Assembly (NCBI GenBank): GCA_963664225.1
Contig: OY760937.1
Coordinates: 2,016,001 to 2,080,000, forward strand
DNA length: 64,000 nt
Reading direction: 5' to 3'
From: Verrucomicrobiia bacterium
GTDB taxonomy: Bacteria; Verrucomicrobiota; Verrucomicrobiia; Limisphaerales; UBA1319
Below are positions 29,505 to 39,873 of the stretch, piece after piece; within the stretch, counting starts at the first letter, position 1, and the number at the start of each line of letters is the position of its first letter. The position numbers and the translations under genes were made by a program. The notes beneath the pieces were generated by a model, which saw only the letters and a program-made list of their open reading frames with translations, was not told the origin of the DNA and did not search any database.

Positions 29505-31346
29505 ATGAATTTTGAACTGTTAGCCAAAGCCAAAGCGCTCGGATTTTCCGACCGCCAGATCGCCCATCTCACGGGTCAGACCGAGGACGCCGTACGCGCT
29601 GAGCGCAAACGGGTTGGGCTGATTCCAAGCTATCGTCTGGTGGACACCTGCGCCGCCGAGTTTGAGGCTTATACGCCGTATTATTATTCGACTTACGACC
29701 GTGGGGATGACGAATCCACGCCTTCGGACAAGCGCAAGGTGATGATCCTGGGGGGCGGTCCCAACCGCATCGGCCAGGGTATCGAGTTCGATTATTGCTG
29801 CGTTCATGCCGCCTTCGCACTCAAAGAGGATGGTTTCGAGACCTTGATGGTCAATTCCAATCCCGAGACTGTTTCGACCGATTACGACACGAGCGATAAA
29901 CTTTATTTCGAGCCGCTGACGCTCGAGGACGTGCTGCACATTTACGAGCGGGAGAAGTGCTGGGGAGCCATCGCCCAGTTCGGCGGGCAGACGCCGCTGA
30001 ATCTGGCGCTGGGCTTGCAGCGCAACGGGGTGAACATCATCGGCACCTCGCCCCAAAGCATCGAAATCGCGGAGGATCGCAAATTGTTCGCGGCGATGCT
30101 TCGCAAGTTGAATATTCCCCAACCGCCCAACGGTCTGGCCACCAACGAGGCCGAGGCCCTGGAAGCCGCCCACAAATTGACCTACCCGGTTTTGGTGCGG
30201 CCCTCGTTCGTTCTGGGCGGGCGCGCCATGCAGATTGTCTATTCGGACAACGAACTGGCGCATTACATGCGTTTTGCGGTGGAAGCCTCGCCGGAGCGTC
30301 CGGTGCTGGTGGATAAATTTCTCGAAGACGCCACGGAAGTGGATGTGGATTGCATTGCGGATGTGGGCCTGTTCTCCGATCCCAGCCAGGGGACGGTGGT
30401 GATGGGCGCGCTGCTGGAGCACATTGAGTATGCCGGGGTGCATTCGGGCGACGCGGCCATGGTGCTGCCGCCGCACACGCTGGCGCCGAAAATCATCGAG
30501 GTGATCCGGGAATATACGCATGCGATGGCCCGCGAACTGAAGGTGACCGGCCTGATGAATGTGCAATACGCGGTCAAGGACGGCATCGTGTATGTGCTGG
30601 AAGTGAACCCCCGCGCCTCGCGGACGGTGCCGTTTGTCAGCAAGGCGATCGGAGTGCCCCTGGCGAAACTGGCCGCGCGGGTCATGACCGGCAAGACGCT
30701 GGTGGAACTGGGTTTCACGGCGGAAAAATGGCCCAAATACTGGGCGGTCAAGGAGTCCGTGTTCCCCTTCAATCGTTTTCACGGGCAGGATATTCTGCTT
30801 TCCCCGGAAATGCGGTCCACGGGCGAAGTCATGGGATTGGACGCGGACCTGGGTGTGGCCTATGCCAAGTCCCAGATGGCGGCGGGCGGTCCCCTGCCCC
30901 TCTCCGGCAAGGTATTCATCAGCGTGAGCGATCATGACAAAAAGGAAGTGGTGGCTGTGGCGAAAAAGTTCAGCGACCTGGGCTTCCAATTGGTTTCGAC
31001 CGGCGGCACGGCGGCTGTTCTGCAAAAAGCCGGTCTGAAGGTGGAAACGATTTTCAAACTCGCGGAAGGCCGTCCCAATGCCATCGATTTGCTGAAGAAC
31101 CGCGAAATCCAGCTCGTCATCAACACGCCTTCCGGCCAGGTGCCGAGGGCGGACGAAGTCAAAATCCGCACGACGGCGGTTTACACGGGCACACCGATCA
31201 TGACCACGTTGAGTGGCGCCAAGGCGGCCGTTCTGGGCATTGCCGCGCTGAAGAAAAGCGGTTACGGCGTGAAGGCGCTCCAGGAATTTTCCAAGAAGAA
31301 GAAGCCTTCCACCACCGCTGCCAAAGCGGGAAGCGCGAAGGCGTAG
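29505..31346 (+). CDS. carB: Carbamoyl-phosphate synthase large subunit, C-terminal half only
   Basis: Begins at KALGFSDRQIA, then VDTCAAEF, GPNRIGQGIEFDYCCVH, RPSFVLGGRAM, EVNPRASRTVPF, MGS domain; 613 aa. Confidence 0.95.
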   Translation: MNFELLAKAKALGFSDRQIAHLTGQTEDAVRAERKRVGLIPSYRLVDTCAAEFEAYTPYYYSTYDRGDDESTPSDKRKVMILGGGPNRIGQGIEFDYCCVHAAFALKEDGFETLMVNSNPETVSTDYDTSDKLYFEPLTLEDVLHIYEREKCWGAIAQFGGQTPLNLALGLQRNGVNIIGTSPQSIEIAEDRKLFAAMLRKLNIPQPPNGLATNEAEALEAAHKLTYPVLVRPSFVLGGRAMQIVYSDNELAHYMRFAVEASPERPVLVDKFLEDATEVDVDCIADVGLFSDPSQGTVVMGALLEHIEYAGVHSGDAAMVLPPHTLAPKIIEVIREYTHAMARELKVTGLMNVQYAVKDGIVYVLEVNPRASRTVPFVSKAIGVPLAKLAARVMTGKTLVELGFTAEKWPKYWAVKESVFPFNRFHGQDILLSPEMRSTGEVMGLDADLGVAYAKSQMAAGGPLPLSGKVFISVSDHDKKEVVAVAKKFSDLGFQLVSTGGTAAVLQKAGLKVETIFKLAEGRPNAIDLLKNREIQLVINTPSGQVPRADEVKIRTTAVYTGTPIMTTLSGAKAAVLGIAALKKSGYGVKALQEFSKKKKPSTTAAKAGSAKA

Positions 31347-31365
31347 ATTGTTCCCTGCGAAGTTC

Positions 31366-31402
31366 ACTCCCGACCAGTTTTTTCTGATCGGGAGTTTTTT
31401 TT
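31366..31402 (+). terminator. Rho-independent terminator after carB
   Basis: ACTCCCGACCAG...CTGATCGGGAGT stem followed by a T run. Confidence 0.85.
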
Positions 31403-31439
31403 GTTTTCAGATCCCGGGCACGCTGGCCGGACCGCCGAT

Positions 31440-32666
31440 TCAAGCGGTTCGTGGTTGGTATGAAACCGCGTGGCGCGTGGCGCCATCCAGCGCCTGTATG
31501 GTGATTTTCATTTCCTTGTTTGTCGCGAAGCCCCGGATCACGGTGGCGCCTGCAAGGTCCGGACCGCCGCCGACAAGCTGGTCATAAGGAAATTCAGGGG
31601 TTCCCTTCAGGCACGCCGCCTGGTGCATGTGACCGGAAATGACCGCCTGCACGCCCCATCGCACCAGGGATTCATTCCATGCCTCGCGGCCCCGTTTGCT
31701 GAACCAGTCGAAACCGCCCTTATCATAATCCACTTCCTTTTCCATGCTCCAACGCAGGGGAATGTGGCAGAACATCAATCGGTAGGGCGCGTTCCTGATC
31801 TCCGGGCGCTGGATCACGCGCGCCAGCCATTGCTTCTCCGCCTGGATTAACGGCTCGAACGCGGCAACGCCACGGAAGGTCGGATGTTTGTCCGGCTTGT
31901 CCTCACCGGTGTCCAACACGATGACCGCCAGAGGACCGCTGCGGAAGGCGTAATAGGGACGGCCTGCGGGATAATCGATGAAATCGGGCACCTGGCTGGC
32001 ATACAGGCCGCGACAATCATGGTTGCCGCGCGAGAACAAGACCGGCGGACCCTCGGATAAATTCACACCGGCGGGATGCACGTAGAGTCCCGGAATGACA
32101 CTGGATTTTTCGATGTTATTGCTGGCATCGCCATTCCAGATCAGGAAATCGGCCGGTTCGGAACGGGTGAAACTGTGGAGCTTGCGAATGGTTTCCGCGC
32201 GATCGTGCGTGTCGTTCCAAACGGCAAATTTGGTTTCCGCCGCAGCAGGATCCAAGGTGCGGAAGGAATAAACGGGCGAGATCTCCGGGTCGCCGCCGCT
32301 CAGGAGAACGGTGACCGTGCGCCACCAATAACGCACGCCGGGTGTCAATCCACGCAGTTTCACCTTGATAACCCGCTCGCCGTTTGGCACGAAGCCAAAC
32401 GGGTCCGAACGATATACCTGGCCCAGATCGGGGCTTTCACCATATTCCACCACGCCGCGAGCCGGGGTGTTGAGCGTCCAAACGATGGTGGCTCCGGTTG
32501 CTGTTGGCGCATAAACGGCCGGCGTGCCATCCGTCAACCGCGTGGTGGAAATCCCCCCGCTTTGGTTGGTTGTGTTGGTGGTGCTGTCGGCTTTCAGTGA
32601 GGATTCTGCCGTGACGGCGGCAGCGCTTGCGACACCCAGTGTGGCCAGGAATTTTCTGCGATTCAT
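31440..32666 (-). CDS. Tat-exported purple-acid-phosphatase-like metallophosphoesterase with FN3 domain
   Basis: NRRKFL Tat motif; DTH, NGD, RGNHD, LDTGEDKPD, HIP, SGHMH. Confidence 0.88.
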   Translation of the reverse strand: MNRRKFLATLGVASAAAVTAESSLKADSTTNTTNQSGGISTTRLTDGTPAVYAPTATGATIVWTLNTPARGVVEYGESPDLGQVYRSDPFGFVPNGERVIKVKLRGLTPGVRYWWRTVTVLLSGGDPEISPVYSFRTLDPAAAETKFAVWNDTHDRAETIRKLHSFTRSEPADFLIWNGDASNNIEKSSVIPGLYVHPAGVNLSEGPPVLFSRGNHDCRGLYASQVPDFIDYPAGRPYYAFRSGPLAVIVLDTGEDKPDKHPTFRGVAAFEPLIQAEKQWLARVIQRPEIRNAPYRLMFCHIPLRWSMEKEVDYDKGGFDWFSKRGREAWNESLVRWGVQAVISGHMHQAACLKGTPEFPYDQLVGGGPDLAGATVIRGFATNKEMKITIQALDGATRHAVSYQPRTA

Positions 32667-32851
32667 GATGGGGGCATCAAACAACCAAAGGCCCGGGAGG
32701 ATCAAGAGGTAAAATGGGCACTATCGCAGAATGGCGAATGACAAATATCTTCTGAAATGAGGAGAAGGGATATTAAAGGCGTGTGAATATATAGTTCTTG
32801 ACGAATCCATGCCGTAAAGGATCACAGGCGTCTGACTTAAAAGAAAAATCT

Positions 32852-32890
32852 CCCTCACCCTGACCCTCTCCCTCTGCCGAGGGAGAGGGA
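32852..32890 (+). repeat. Solo CCCTCTCCC...GGGAGAGGG palindrome related to motif B
   Basis: CCCTCACCCTGACCCTCTCCCTCTGCCGAGGGAGAGGGA. Confidence 0.75.
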
Positions 32891-33029
32891 ATAGCATTTC
32901 CCGCGCGGGAACGATGCGAAAACGCAACACTCATGAAAACGGACTGATTTATTGGTCATTTCATCATTGCGGAAGAATTGTGTCCTGCGCCCAACGCAGG
33001 GCGGAACCAACGCACAAACTCCAGCCCCG

Positions 33030-34229
33030 TCAAACGGTCTGGCCACGGGGACCGGAAGGAACCATGAGCGATCGGTAGAGATCGAGCACGCGTTGGGCGG
33101 ATGCCTGCCAGGAGAATTCGCGTTTCACCCGCTCGTGCAAGGCCTGGCATTCCTGCGCGTTTAGAAGCGGGTGGTTCGCCCATTCAAGCATTGCCCCGGC
33201 GAGTTCATCCACGGAATCGGGCTTGACCAGGCGGCCGTATTTGCCGACATCGAACGCCTCGGGAATGCCGTCCAGGGCGCTGGCGATCACCGGTGTACCG
33301 CACGCAAAGGCCTCGCAGAGCACCAATCCAAAGGCCTCCGTGCCCACCTGCGGATGCACCAGGCAATTGATGGCGTTCATGGCCTTGGGCATGTCATGGC
33401 AATACGGAGTCAGCAACGCCTTGCCCCGCAAGCCGAGTTCGTCGATCGTGCCCTGGAGAATTCCCGCCATGTTTCCACGGCCAATGATCAGAAATCGCGC
33501 GTTGGGTATTTTTTCGTGGATGCGGGCGGCGGCCACCAGAAACTCCACCTGGCCCTTGCCGCGCGGCAAATCGTAGCCCCCCGCCACCGCAAACGCGTAG
33601 TGGTGCGGTTCCAATCCCCACGCCCGACGCTGATCCTCCGCGTCCGCAGGCCGGAATCGCTCGACGTCCATGCCCCCATAAATGACATGGATTTTCGAAT
33701 GATCGCCGCGCAACGGCGGACGCGAACGGCGCTCCAATTCGCGAGCATCCGGTTCATACGCGCCTGACTTGAGGATTCCGGCCACCGATTCGGAAACCGC
33801 GATCAAGGCGTCGCATTGGCCCAGTAAAAACTTACGGCTGAAGGACGAACTGGGGCTTTTGGCCAGGTGCCGCGTGAGGAATACTTTGGGCCGCCGCATG
33901 GAAAGCCGCGCGGCCAGGATGGTGGGCCAGATGTCGCGACCATGGTGGCCGTGAACGATCTGGATTTTTTCGCGCCGGATGAACCGGGCCGCTGACAAAA
34001 TGAATTTGAGCTTTGCCGGGCCTTCGTGAACAGGGGTCTCCGCCAGCGGCACGCCCAATCGTTTGAGTAATTCGGAATACTCCCTTCCCGGCGGACCGGC
34101 CACCCAGACCTTTTGCCCCAGCTCAATCAGGCCCTGGGCCAGACGCACGCATTGGTTGTCGGTGCCGCCGCCGGTGAGCATCGAGTTCAAATGCAGGATG
34201 CGCAGAGGAGATTCGATGTCTTGAGGCAT
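33030..34229 (-). CDS. Glycosyltransferase family 4
   Basis: GKGQ, EAFGLVLCEAFACGTPVIAS. Confidence 0.92.
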   Translation of the reverse strand: MPQDIESPLRILHLNSMLTGGGTDNQCVRLAQGLIELGQKVWVAGPPGREYSELLKRLGVPLAETPVHEGPAKLKFILSAARFIRREKIQIVHGHHGRDIWPTILAARLSMRRPKVFLTRHLAKSPSSSFSRKFLLGQCDALIAVSESVAGILKSGAYEPDARELERRSRPPLRGDHSKIHVIYGGMDVERFRPADAEDQRRAWGLEPHHYAFAVAGGYDLPRGKGQVEFLVAAARIHEKIPNARFLIIGRGNMAGILQGTIDELGLRGKALLTPYCHDMPKAMNAINCLVHPQVGTEAFGLVLCEAFACGTPVIASALDGIPEAFDVGKYGRLVKPDSVDELAGAMLEWANHPLLNAQECQALHERVKREFSWQASAQRVLDLYRSLMVPSGPRGQTV

Positions 34230-34231
34230 AA

Positions 34232-35428
34232 TTAATCCACCACTTTAAACGAAGCTCGTAGTGACTGCGCAAAGGCCGCGCGGGTGCATTGGGGACGGTA
34301 TTTATCCAGCGCACTCAGGAACGGCGCGGTTTCGGCGTCGGTCATCCGGGAGGCTGAGGCGATGCATTCGGCCAGCGCGGCGGCGTTGCCGGAGGGAAAG
34401 AGCAGGCCCAGATGATAATCCCGAACACGCCGACCGGTGAGTTCCTCGTCCGAGGCAATCACCATCCGGTCCGCCATCACGGCCTGAGAGAGCACGGCGC
34501 TGACGCCAAAATGTTTGATATAGGGCACCAGCACGACGTCGCAGGCGCAAAAGCAGAGTTCCTCCTCCTCCGTCGTCACGTAGCGATTGAGACTCATCAC
34601 GCGGCCCGCAGCCTCCAGGCGCTTCATTCCTGCGGCCAGTTCGGGGTCTTTGGGTTGCTGGCCCGCGCAGAGCAAAAATGCGGAACTATTCTCCTGCAGA
34701 CTGGCAAGCGCATCCACCGCCAGATGCAAACCTTTGCGCCGATAGCCGCCGCCGTAGAACAGGAACACCCGTTTATCCTCGGACAGACCGAGTCTGCGCC
34801 GCGCTTCCGCCCGGGGAATGCCGTAAGTTCGCGGGGACGGTGTGGGCAGGAACGAAAAGATTTTCCCAGCGGGTGAAGCGCTCTGTTCGGCGGCCAGAAA
34901 TTCGTCGAGCAATAAAATGCGATCGAACCAACCGCCGCGCAGCAACCGGAGAAATCCGCGTTGTTTGAGGATGCGGTTCAACGAAAGGCCAGTCGGCATC
35001 AAGACGCGCGGACGATGATAGATGAATCCCAGGCGTCCCTTCAAGACGCGGGGCGGACGGAGCCCGAAGGCGGCCCGACGGAGCAAGGCGGAGGCGATTT
35101 CATCGAAGCAGGGCATGAAGACCCGCGACGCGCCGGATTTCTCCAGGCACTGGGCGACCTGAAGCGGATCGAAACGCCCCTGCGCCAGGGCTTCCGGCGA
35201 GGCCGCAGGCATAACCGTCACGCGGTCGAGCACTTCGCCCAACTGGTCCGTGACGCGCTTGCGTGTTTCCGAGCGATCATCGATGGCCAGCGTCAGACGC
35301 ATCCCCCCCGCCAGCAAATCCTCGGTGATCATGCGCAGCCACGGAAGGTGATGGCCCTCGGTCTTCGGCTCGAAAATCAGGACATCGGGCGCGCTTGCGG
35401 ATGTGGCATTGGACGTCTCTGGATTCAT
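34232..35428 (-). CDS. Glycosyltransferase (GT-B, GT4-like)
   Basis: GHH, FYGGGYRRKG, DVVLVPY...SAVL; operonic with neighbouring GTs. Confidence 0.85.
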   Translation of the reverse strand: MNPETSNATSASAPDVLIFEPKTEGHHLPWLRMITEDLLAGGMRLTLAIDDRSETRKRVTDQLGEVLDRVTVMPAASPEALAQGRFDPLQVAQCLEKSGASRVFMPCFDEIASALLRRAAFGLRPPRVLKGRLGFIYHRPRVLMPTGLSLNRILKQRGFLRLLRGGWFDRILLLDEFLAAEQSASPAGKIFSFLPTPSPRTYGIPRAEARRRLGLSEDKRVFLFYGGGYRRKGLHLAVDALASLQENSSAFLLCAGQQPKDPELAAGMKRLEAAGRVMSLNRYVTTEEEELCFCACDVVLVPYIKHFGVSAVLSQAVMADRMVIASDEELTGRRVRDYHLGLLFPSGNAAALAECIASASRMTDAETAPFLSALDKYRPQCTRAAFAQSLRASFKVVD

Positions 35429-36279
35429 GATCGCTTCCGTCGATTTTCCTCAGCCTCCATCACGCGCACGTAACGCAAGAAGGTGTAGAATGCGGTCATC
35501 CAGGCAATGCTCAGACCGGGCCAGCCATCCAGGAATCCAAGTCGAATGAAGTAGGCGCGAAGAAACCGCCAGATCGGTCGAATGGTCAGGTCCAACCAGC
35601 CAGCCCGGCGTCCGGTCTTCTCGCTGAGCTTCACAAAATCATCCGCGTAGGCCACGGTTTTGGAGATTTGCTGGTTGATGCTCTCCATCGGGTAGTGATT
35701 CAGGTCCGCGCGCAACTTGCCAATGGGGCCATCGATCTGCACCTGGGGATGCGGATCGGCGCCGACCCAGCGGCCCTGACCACGACGCCACAAACGCAGA
35801 CAGCGATCGGGATACCAGTCCCCGTGGCGAATCCAGCGTCCACAATAGAAGCTGCAGCGCGGGACGCTGAAAGCGGTGGGAGCCTTGGATTCGGGATTCG
35901 CGGCGGACGAGTCAATGGTTGCGAGAATCTCGTCACGCAGGGCTTCTGAGACTTCTTCGTCCGCATCCAGCCCAAAGACCCAATCCTGAGTGGCCTTTTC
36001 AAGGGAGGAGTTCTTTTGCTTTTGAAAACCCTGCCAGGGCTCGCGGAAGACTTTCGCACCATACTGGAGGGCGATTTTCTCGGTGCCATCGCGGGCGTCG
36101 GCATTGAGCACGATGATGATCTCGCGGGCCCATCCCGCCACGCTGGCCAGCGCGCGCCCGATGCGCCGCTCCTCCTCGCCGGAGATGATGCACACGGAAA
36201 TCGGGGCTGAACCATCCGGACGGCCCGGAAGGCTTTTCGCGTCGATGCCGCTCTGGTTGCGTTGTGGACTTTCTGTCAT
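35425..36279 (-). CDS. Glycosyltransferase family 2 (KdtX/WaaE-like)
   Basis: ISVCII, DGT, LDADE, HGDWYPD, LGFLDG. Confidence 0.9.
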   Translation of the reverse strand: MTESPQRNQSGIDAKSLPGRPDGSAPISVCIISGEEERRIGRALASVAGWAREIIIVLNADARDGTEKIALQYGAKVFREPWQGFQKQKNSSLEKATQDWVFGLDADEEVSEALRDEILATIDSSAANPESKAPTAFSVPRCSFYCGRWIRHGDWYPDRCLRLWRRGQGRWVGADPHPQVQIDGPIGKLRADLNHYPMESINQQISKTVAYADDFVKLSEKTGRRAGWLDLTIRPIWRFLRAYFIRLGFLDGWPGLSIAWMTAFYTFLRYVRVMEAEENRRKRS

Positions 36280-36459
36280 TTACCCTTTGCCAAGCTTTAT
36301 CCAATCCCAATGAATGCACTATAGGCCAACAGGAGTCCAAGTCAGTCCGAAAATTAGATGGAGTGAGGAAAATGGGGAATGGGGGAAGAATGGAAAATGG
36401 ATAATTGAGGGATGAGTGGATAATGGATACTTGACAATTGACAATTTACCGGCATCAAC

Positions 36460-36580
36460 GCACGCCCTCATCCCGACCTTCTCCCCCAGGAGAAGGAGGA
36501 GTTACGCACGTTGCGGGTTTAATTGGGTGATTTGGAAAGTGCCGACGCGTGGGGTTAGTTGATGGAAGAATGGATAATGG
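36460..36580 (+). repeat. Solo copy of the DUF559-associated composite repeat
   Basis: Motif B 36460-36498 plus motif A variant at about 36538; colinear with 23972-24090. Confidence 0.88.
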
Positions 36581-36749
36581 AATGAAACCGCTGATCCACA
36601 CTAATCCGCGCCGATAAGTTGGGAAAGGGGACTTTGAATTTCGAGAGATGCGCGATTTACAGTGGCTCCGGGATGCGATGCGATGAGGTGAGGCGGATGA
36701 AGGAAGGGAATGAATCATTTTAATGCCGTCGACAATGCGGAAGCTCCAC

Positions 36750-36927
36750 CGGCTGAAGCCGGGACTCCAAACCAAGGAGGCAACGGGACATTGGAAAGGG
36801 TCTGCGATTCCCGGCGGGATTGTGAGTTTGAGACGGTTTGCAGATTGGAAATCTGCGAAACGGCAGCTTAGGCAAGCTGCGCTACGGCGGGGAGGCTGAG
36901 ATGCGGCTGAAGCCGGGACTCCAAACC
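36750..36927 (-). repeat. REP-like palindromes
   Basis: 24-bp direct repeat CGGCTGAAGCCGGGACTCCAAACC at 36750 and 36904; GTAG-footed hairpin at 36863-36885; hairpin GCAGATTGGAAATCTGC at 36840-36856. Confidence 0.75.
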
Positions 36928-37075
36928 TGGCGCGCTACGCTGGAAACCTGGCCGTCGGCATGAAACGTTCACGAGTCATAAATGGGGACACGTTAAGCCG
37001 GTGTGGAGACGGGCGCGGTGGAGGACGAGTTCAAACTTGCCGACGGGTTTTAAAATGGGTCACACTGGAGGCATC

Positions 37076-38323
37076 ATGTATTCAACACTGCGACGGTGGT
37101 TTTCTTTTTGCCTGCTGGCCACAGGAGCCGCTCTTTGCGTCCCGAATGCCGGGGCTGAGAACTGGCCGGGCTGGCGGGGACCGCGCGGCGATGGTTCGAG
37201 TCTGGAGAAGAACATTCCCATTCACTGGGGCGCGGAAAGCAATATTCTCTGGAAAGTCGAGCTTCCGGGGAAGGGGCACGCTTCGCCGGTGGTGTGGGAG
37301 AACCGCATTTTTATCGTCACCGCCAACGAGTCCGCACAGGAACGTCTGCTCCTGTGCCTGGACCGCGATTCCGGTCAAACGCTCTGGAAACAAACGGTGC
37401 TTTCCGCCCCGCTGGAGAAGAAGAACAGCTTAAACAGCTTTGCCTCGGGCACGCCGGTCACGGATGGGAAAAAGGTGTATGCGGCCTTTCTGGACAAGGG
37501 TGAAATGTTCGTGGCCGCTTATGACATGGACGGGAAACTCCAGTGGTCCGTGCGGCCGGGGCCGTTCGCGAGCATGCACGGTTTCTGCACGTCGCCGCTT
37601 TTGTATAACGACCTGGTGATTGTGAATGGCGATCACGATGGGAACTCCTACCTGGCCGGATTATCGCGCGAGGATGGCCACACCGTCTGGAAGACGCCAC
37701 GCGAAAACCATACGCGCAGCTATTGCACGGCGCTGGTCCGGCAGATCGCCGGGCGCAATCAGATGATCCTCACGGGGGATAAATGCACGACGAGCTACGA
37801 TCCGCAGGATGGGCGCCGGTATTGGGTGATGGATGGACCGACCGAGCAGTTTGTGGCCTCGCCTGTTTATAACGAAAAGACCGGGCTGGTGCTGATCACA
37901 GGCGGATATCCCGACCACCACATCCTCGCAATCAAGCCCGATGGGACGAACAACGTGACCAAAACACACATCGCCTGGCGCACCACAAAGGGCGTGTCGT
38001 ATGTGCCCTCGCCGATTTCCGCGGAGGACTATTTCCTGGTGGTATCGGATCGCGCCCAGGCGACCTGTTTCGAGGCGGCCACGGGGACGATTTTATGGCA
38101 GGAATCGCTCGGTCAGGAGGAGCATTCCTCGCTGGTGTCCGCCAACGGGCTGGTCTATTTCCTGAACGACAACGGTGAAATGACCGTGGTGAAACCCGGA
38201 CGGGAATTCAATGTGGTGGCGCGCAACACACTGCCGGAAACGTTTTTCGCCTCCCCTGCCCTGAGCCAGGGCCGCATTTTCCTGCGCGGCGACAAGCACC
38301 TTTATTGCATTGGGATGAAATAA
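37076..38323 (+). CDS. PQQ-binding-like beta-propeller protein
   Basis: GGAGG RBS; AENWPGWRGPRGDG; LRGDKHLYCIG end. Confidence 0.9.
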   Translation: MYSTLRRWFSFCLLATGAALCVPNAGAENWPGWRGPRGDGSSLEKNIPIHWGAESNILWKVELPGKGHASPVVWENRIFIVTANESAQERLLLCLDRDSGQTLWKQTVLSAPLEKKNSLNSFASGTPVTDGKKVYAAFLDKGEMFVAAYDMDGKLQWSVRPGPFASMHGFCTSPLLYNDLVIVNGDHDGNSYLAGLSREDGHTVWKTPRENHTRSYCTALVRQIAGRNQMILTGDKCTTSYDPQDGRRYWVMDGPTEQFVASPVYNEKTGLVLITGGYPDHHILAIKPDGTNNVTKTHIAWRTTKGVSYVPSPISAEDYFLVVSDRAQATCFEAATGTILWQESLGQEEHSSLVSANGLVYFLNDNGEMTVVKPGREFNVVARNTLPETFFASPALSQGRIFLRGDKHLYCIGMK

Positions 38324-38325
38324 GG

Positions 38326-39873
38326 TTACGGCGTGGGATTGCGCCAGGCGTGGCCGCTTTGGGCGGGGAGATCGTCGGCCACAGGCGGGCCCCAGGTGCC
38401 TGCGGCGTAAAACTCGCGGTCGGTCAATGGTTTTCCGGCCCAGGCGGCGCGGATCGGGTCCACAATGCCCCAGGCGGTTTCCACAATATCGCGGCGCAGG
38501 AAGAGGGTCGAGTCCCCGGCCATTGCGTCGAGCAGCAGCCGTTCATAGGCCTCCGGTGTGTAAGCGCCGAATTCGGCGTCATAGCTGAAATTCATGCGCA
38601 CGGGGCGCAGTTGCATGCTCGCGCCGGGAATTTTTCCGTTGAACCGGATGGAGATTCCTTCATTGGGCTGCAGGCGCAGCGTCAGGGAATTCGCGTCGAG
38701 TTTCGGCCCGCATTGCGCGGCGAAGAGCACATGCGGCGTCTGGCGGAACTGCACCCGAACCTCGCTGGCGCTCAGAGGAAGATTCTTGCCTGTGCGCACA
38801 TAGAAGGGCACGCCCGCCCAGCGCCAGTTATCGATCCACAGGCGCAGGGCCACGAAAGTTTCCACGTTCGACGCGGGATTCACACGGTCCTCCTGGCGAT
38901 AGGCGGGCCGCGCCTGGCCATCGATGGTGCCTGCGGTGTATTGCCCACGGGCGACGCATTGTGCGACCTGGCTGGGATCGGGCACGCGGATGGATTTCAA
39001 GAGTTTCATCTTCTCGTCGCGAATGCTTTCCGCGCCCAATGAAACCGGAGGTTCCATGGCGACCATGGCGAGGACCTGGAGCAAATGGTTTTGCACCATG
39101 TCGCGCAGTGCGCCGGCCTCCTCGTAATACGGACCGCGCCCGCCGACGCCGAGTTTCTCGCTCAAAGTGAGTTGAACATGGTCAATCGCCTGGCGGTTCC
39201 ACAGGGGTTCAAAAATCGAATTCGAAAAGCGGAACATGAGGATGTTTTGGACCGTTTCCTTGCCCAGGTAATGGTCGATGCGATAGACCTGCGCCTCATG
39301 CGCGTGGTTTGCGAGGGTGTCATTCAAACGGCGCGCCGATTCCAGATCCTGGCCAAACGGTTTTTCCACCACGACCCGCGACCAGGAACCTGCAGGCTCC
39401 TCCTTTTGGAGCAGGCCCGGCCTGTTCAAATGGCCGATGGTTTCCTCAAACTGGGTCGGTGAAACCGCGAGGTAAAAAAGCCGGTGCTGGCGCTGCGCCT
39501 CGGTTTCCTGCCGCGCAATCTGCAGCGCCAATTTCTCATACGCGGCGGAATCGTCCAAATCCCCCTGAAAATAGGTCAAATGCTCCGCAAAAGCGGCCCA
39601 ATCGGCGGCGTCAACGGGTTTGTCCTTCGAATGCTCCGCAAGCGATTGTCGAAGTTCCTCGCGCCAGACATCGCTGGTTTTCGGCCTCCGCGCAAAACCA
39701 ATGATGCTGACCGGTTCGGGCAACTGGCCGGCCGCATGCAAATGATAGAGGGCGGGCACCAGCTTGCGGGCGGTCAGATCACCGCTGGCGCCAAGAATGA
39801 CCACCGTGCAGGACTCGGCCTTTTTCTGGCGGTCATCCAGCCGACAGACCAGCAATTCGTCCAATTGTTTCAT
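38326..39873 (-). CDS. zwf: Glucose-6-phosphate 1-dehydrogenase
   Basis: GASGDLTARKL, EKPFG, RIDHYLGKETVQN, DMVQNHLLQ, RWAGVPFYVRTGK, EAYERLL. Confidence 0.97.
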   Translation of the reverse strand: MKQLDELLVCRLDDRQKKAESCTVVILGASGDLTARKLVPALYHLHAAGQLPEPVSIIGFARRPKTSDVWREELRQSLAEHSKDKPVDAADWAAFAEHLTYFQGDLDDSAAYEKLALQIARQETEAQRQHRLFYLAVSPTQFEETIGHLNRPGLLQKEEPAGSWSRVVVEKPFGQDLESARRLNDTLANHAHEAQVYRIDHYLGKETVQNILMFRFSNSIFEPLWNRQAIDHVQLTLSEKLGVGGRGPYYEEAGALRDMVQNHLLQVLAMVAMEPPVSLGAESIRDEKMKLLKSIRVPDPSQVAQCVARGQYTAGTIDGQARPAYRQEDRVNPASNVETFVALRLWIDNWRWAGVPFYVRTGKNLPLSASEVRVQFRQTPHVLFAAQCGPKLDANSLTLRLQPNEGISIRFNGKIPGASMQLRPVRMNFSYDAEFGAYTPEAYERLLLDAMAGDSTLFLRRDIVETAWGIVDPIRAAWAGKPLTDREFYAAGTWGPPVADDLPAQSGHAWRNPTP

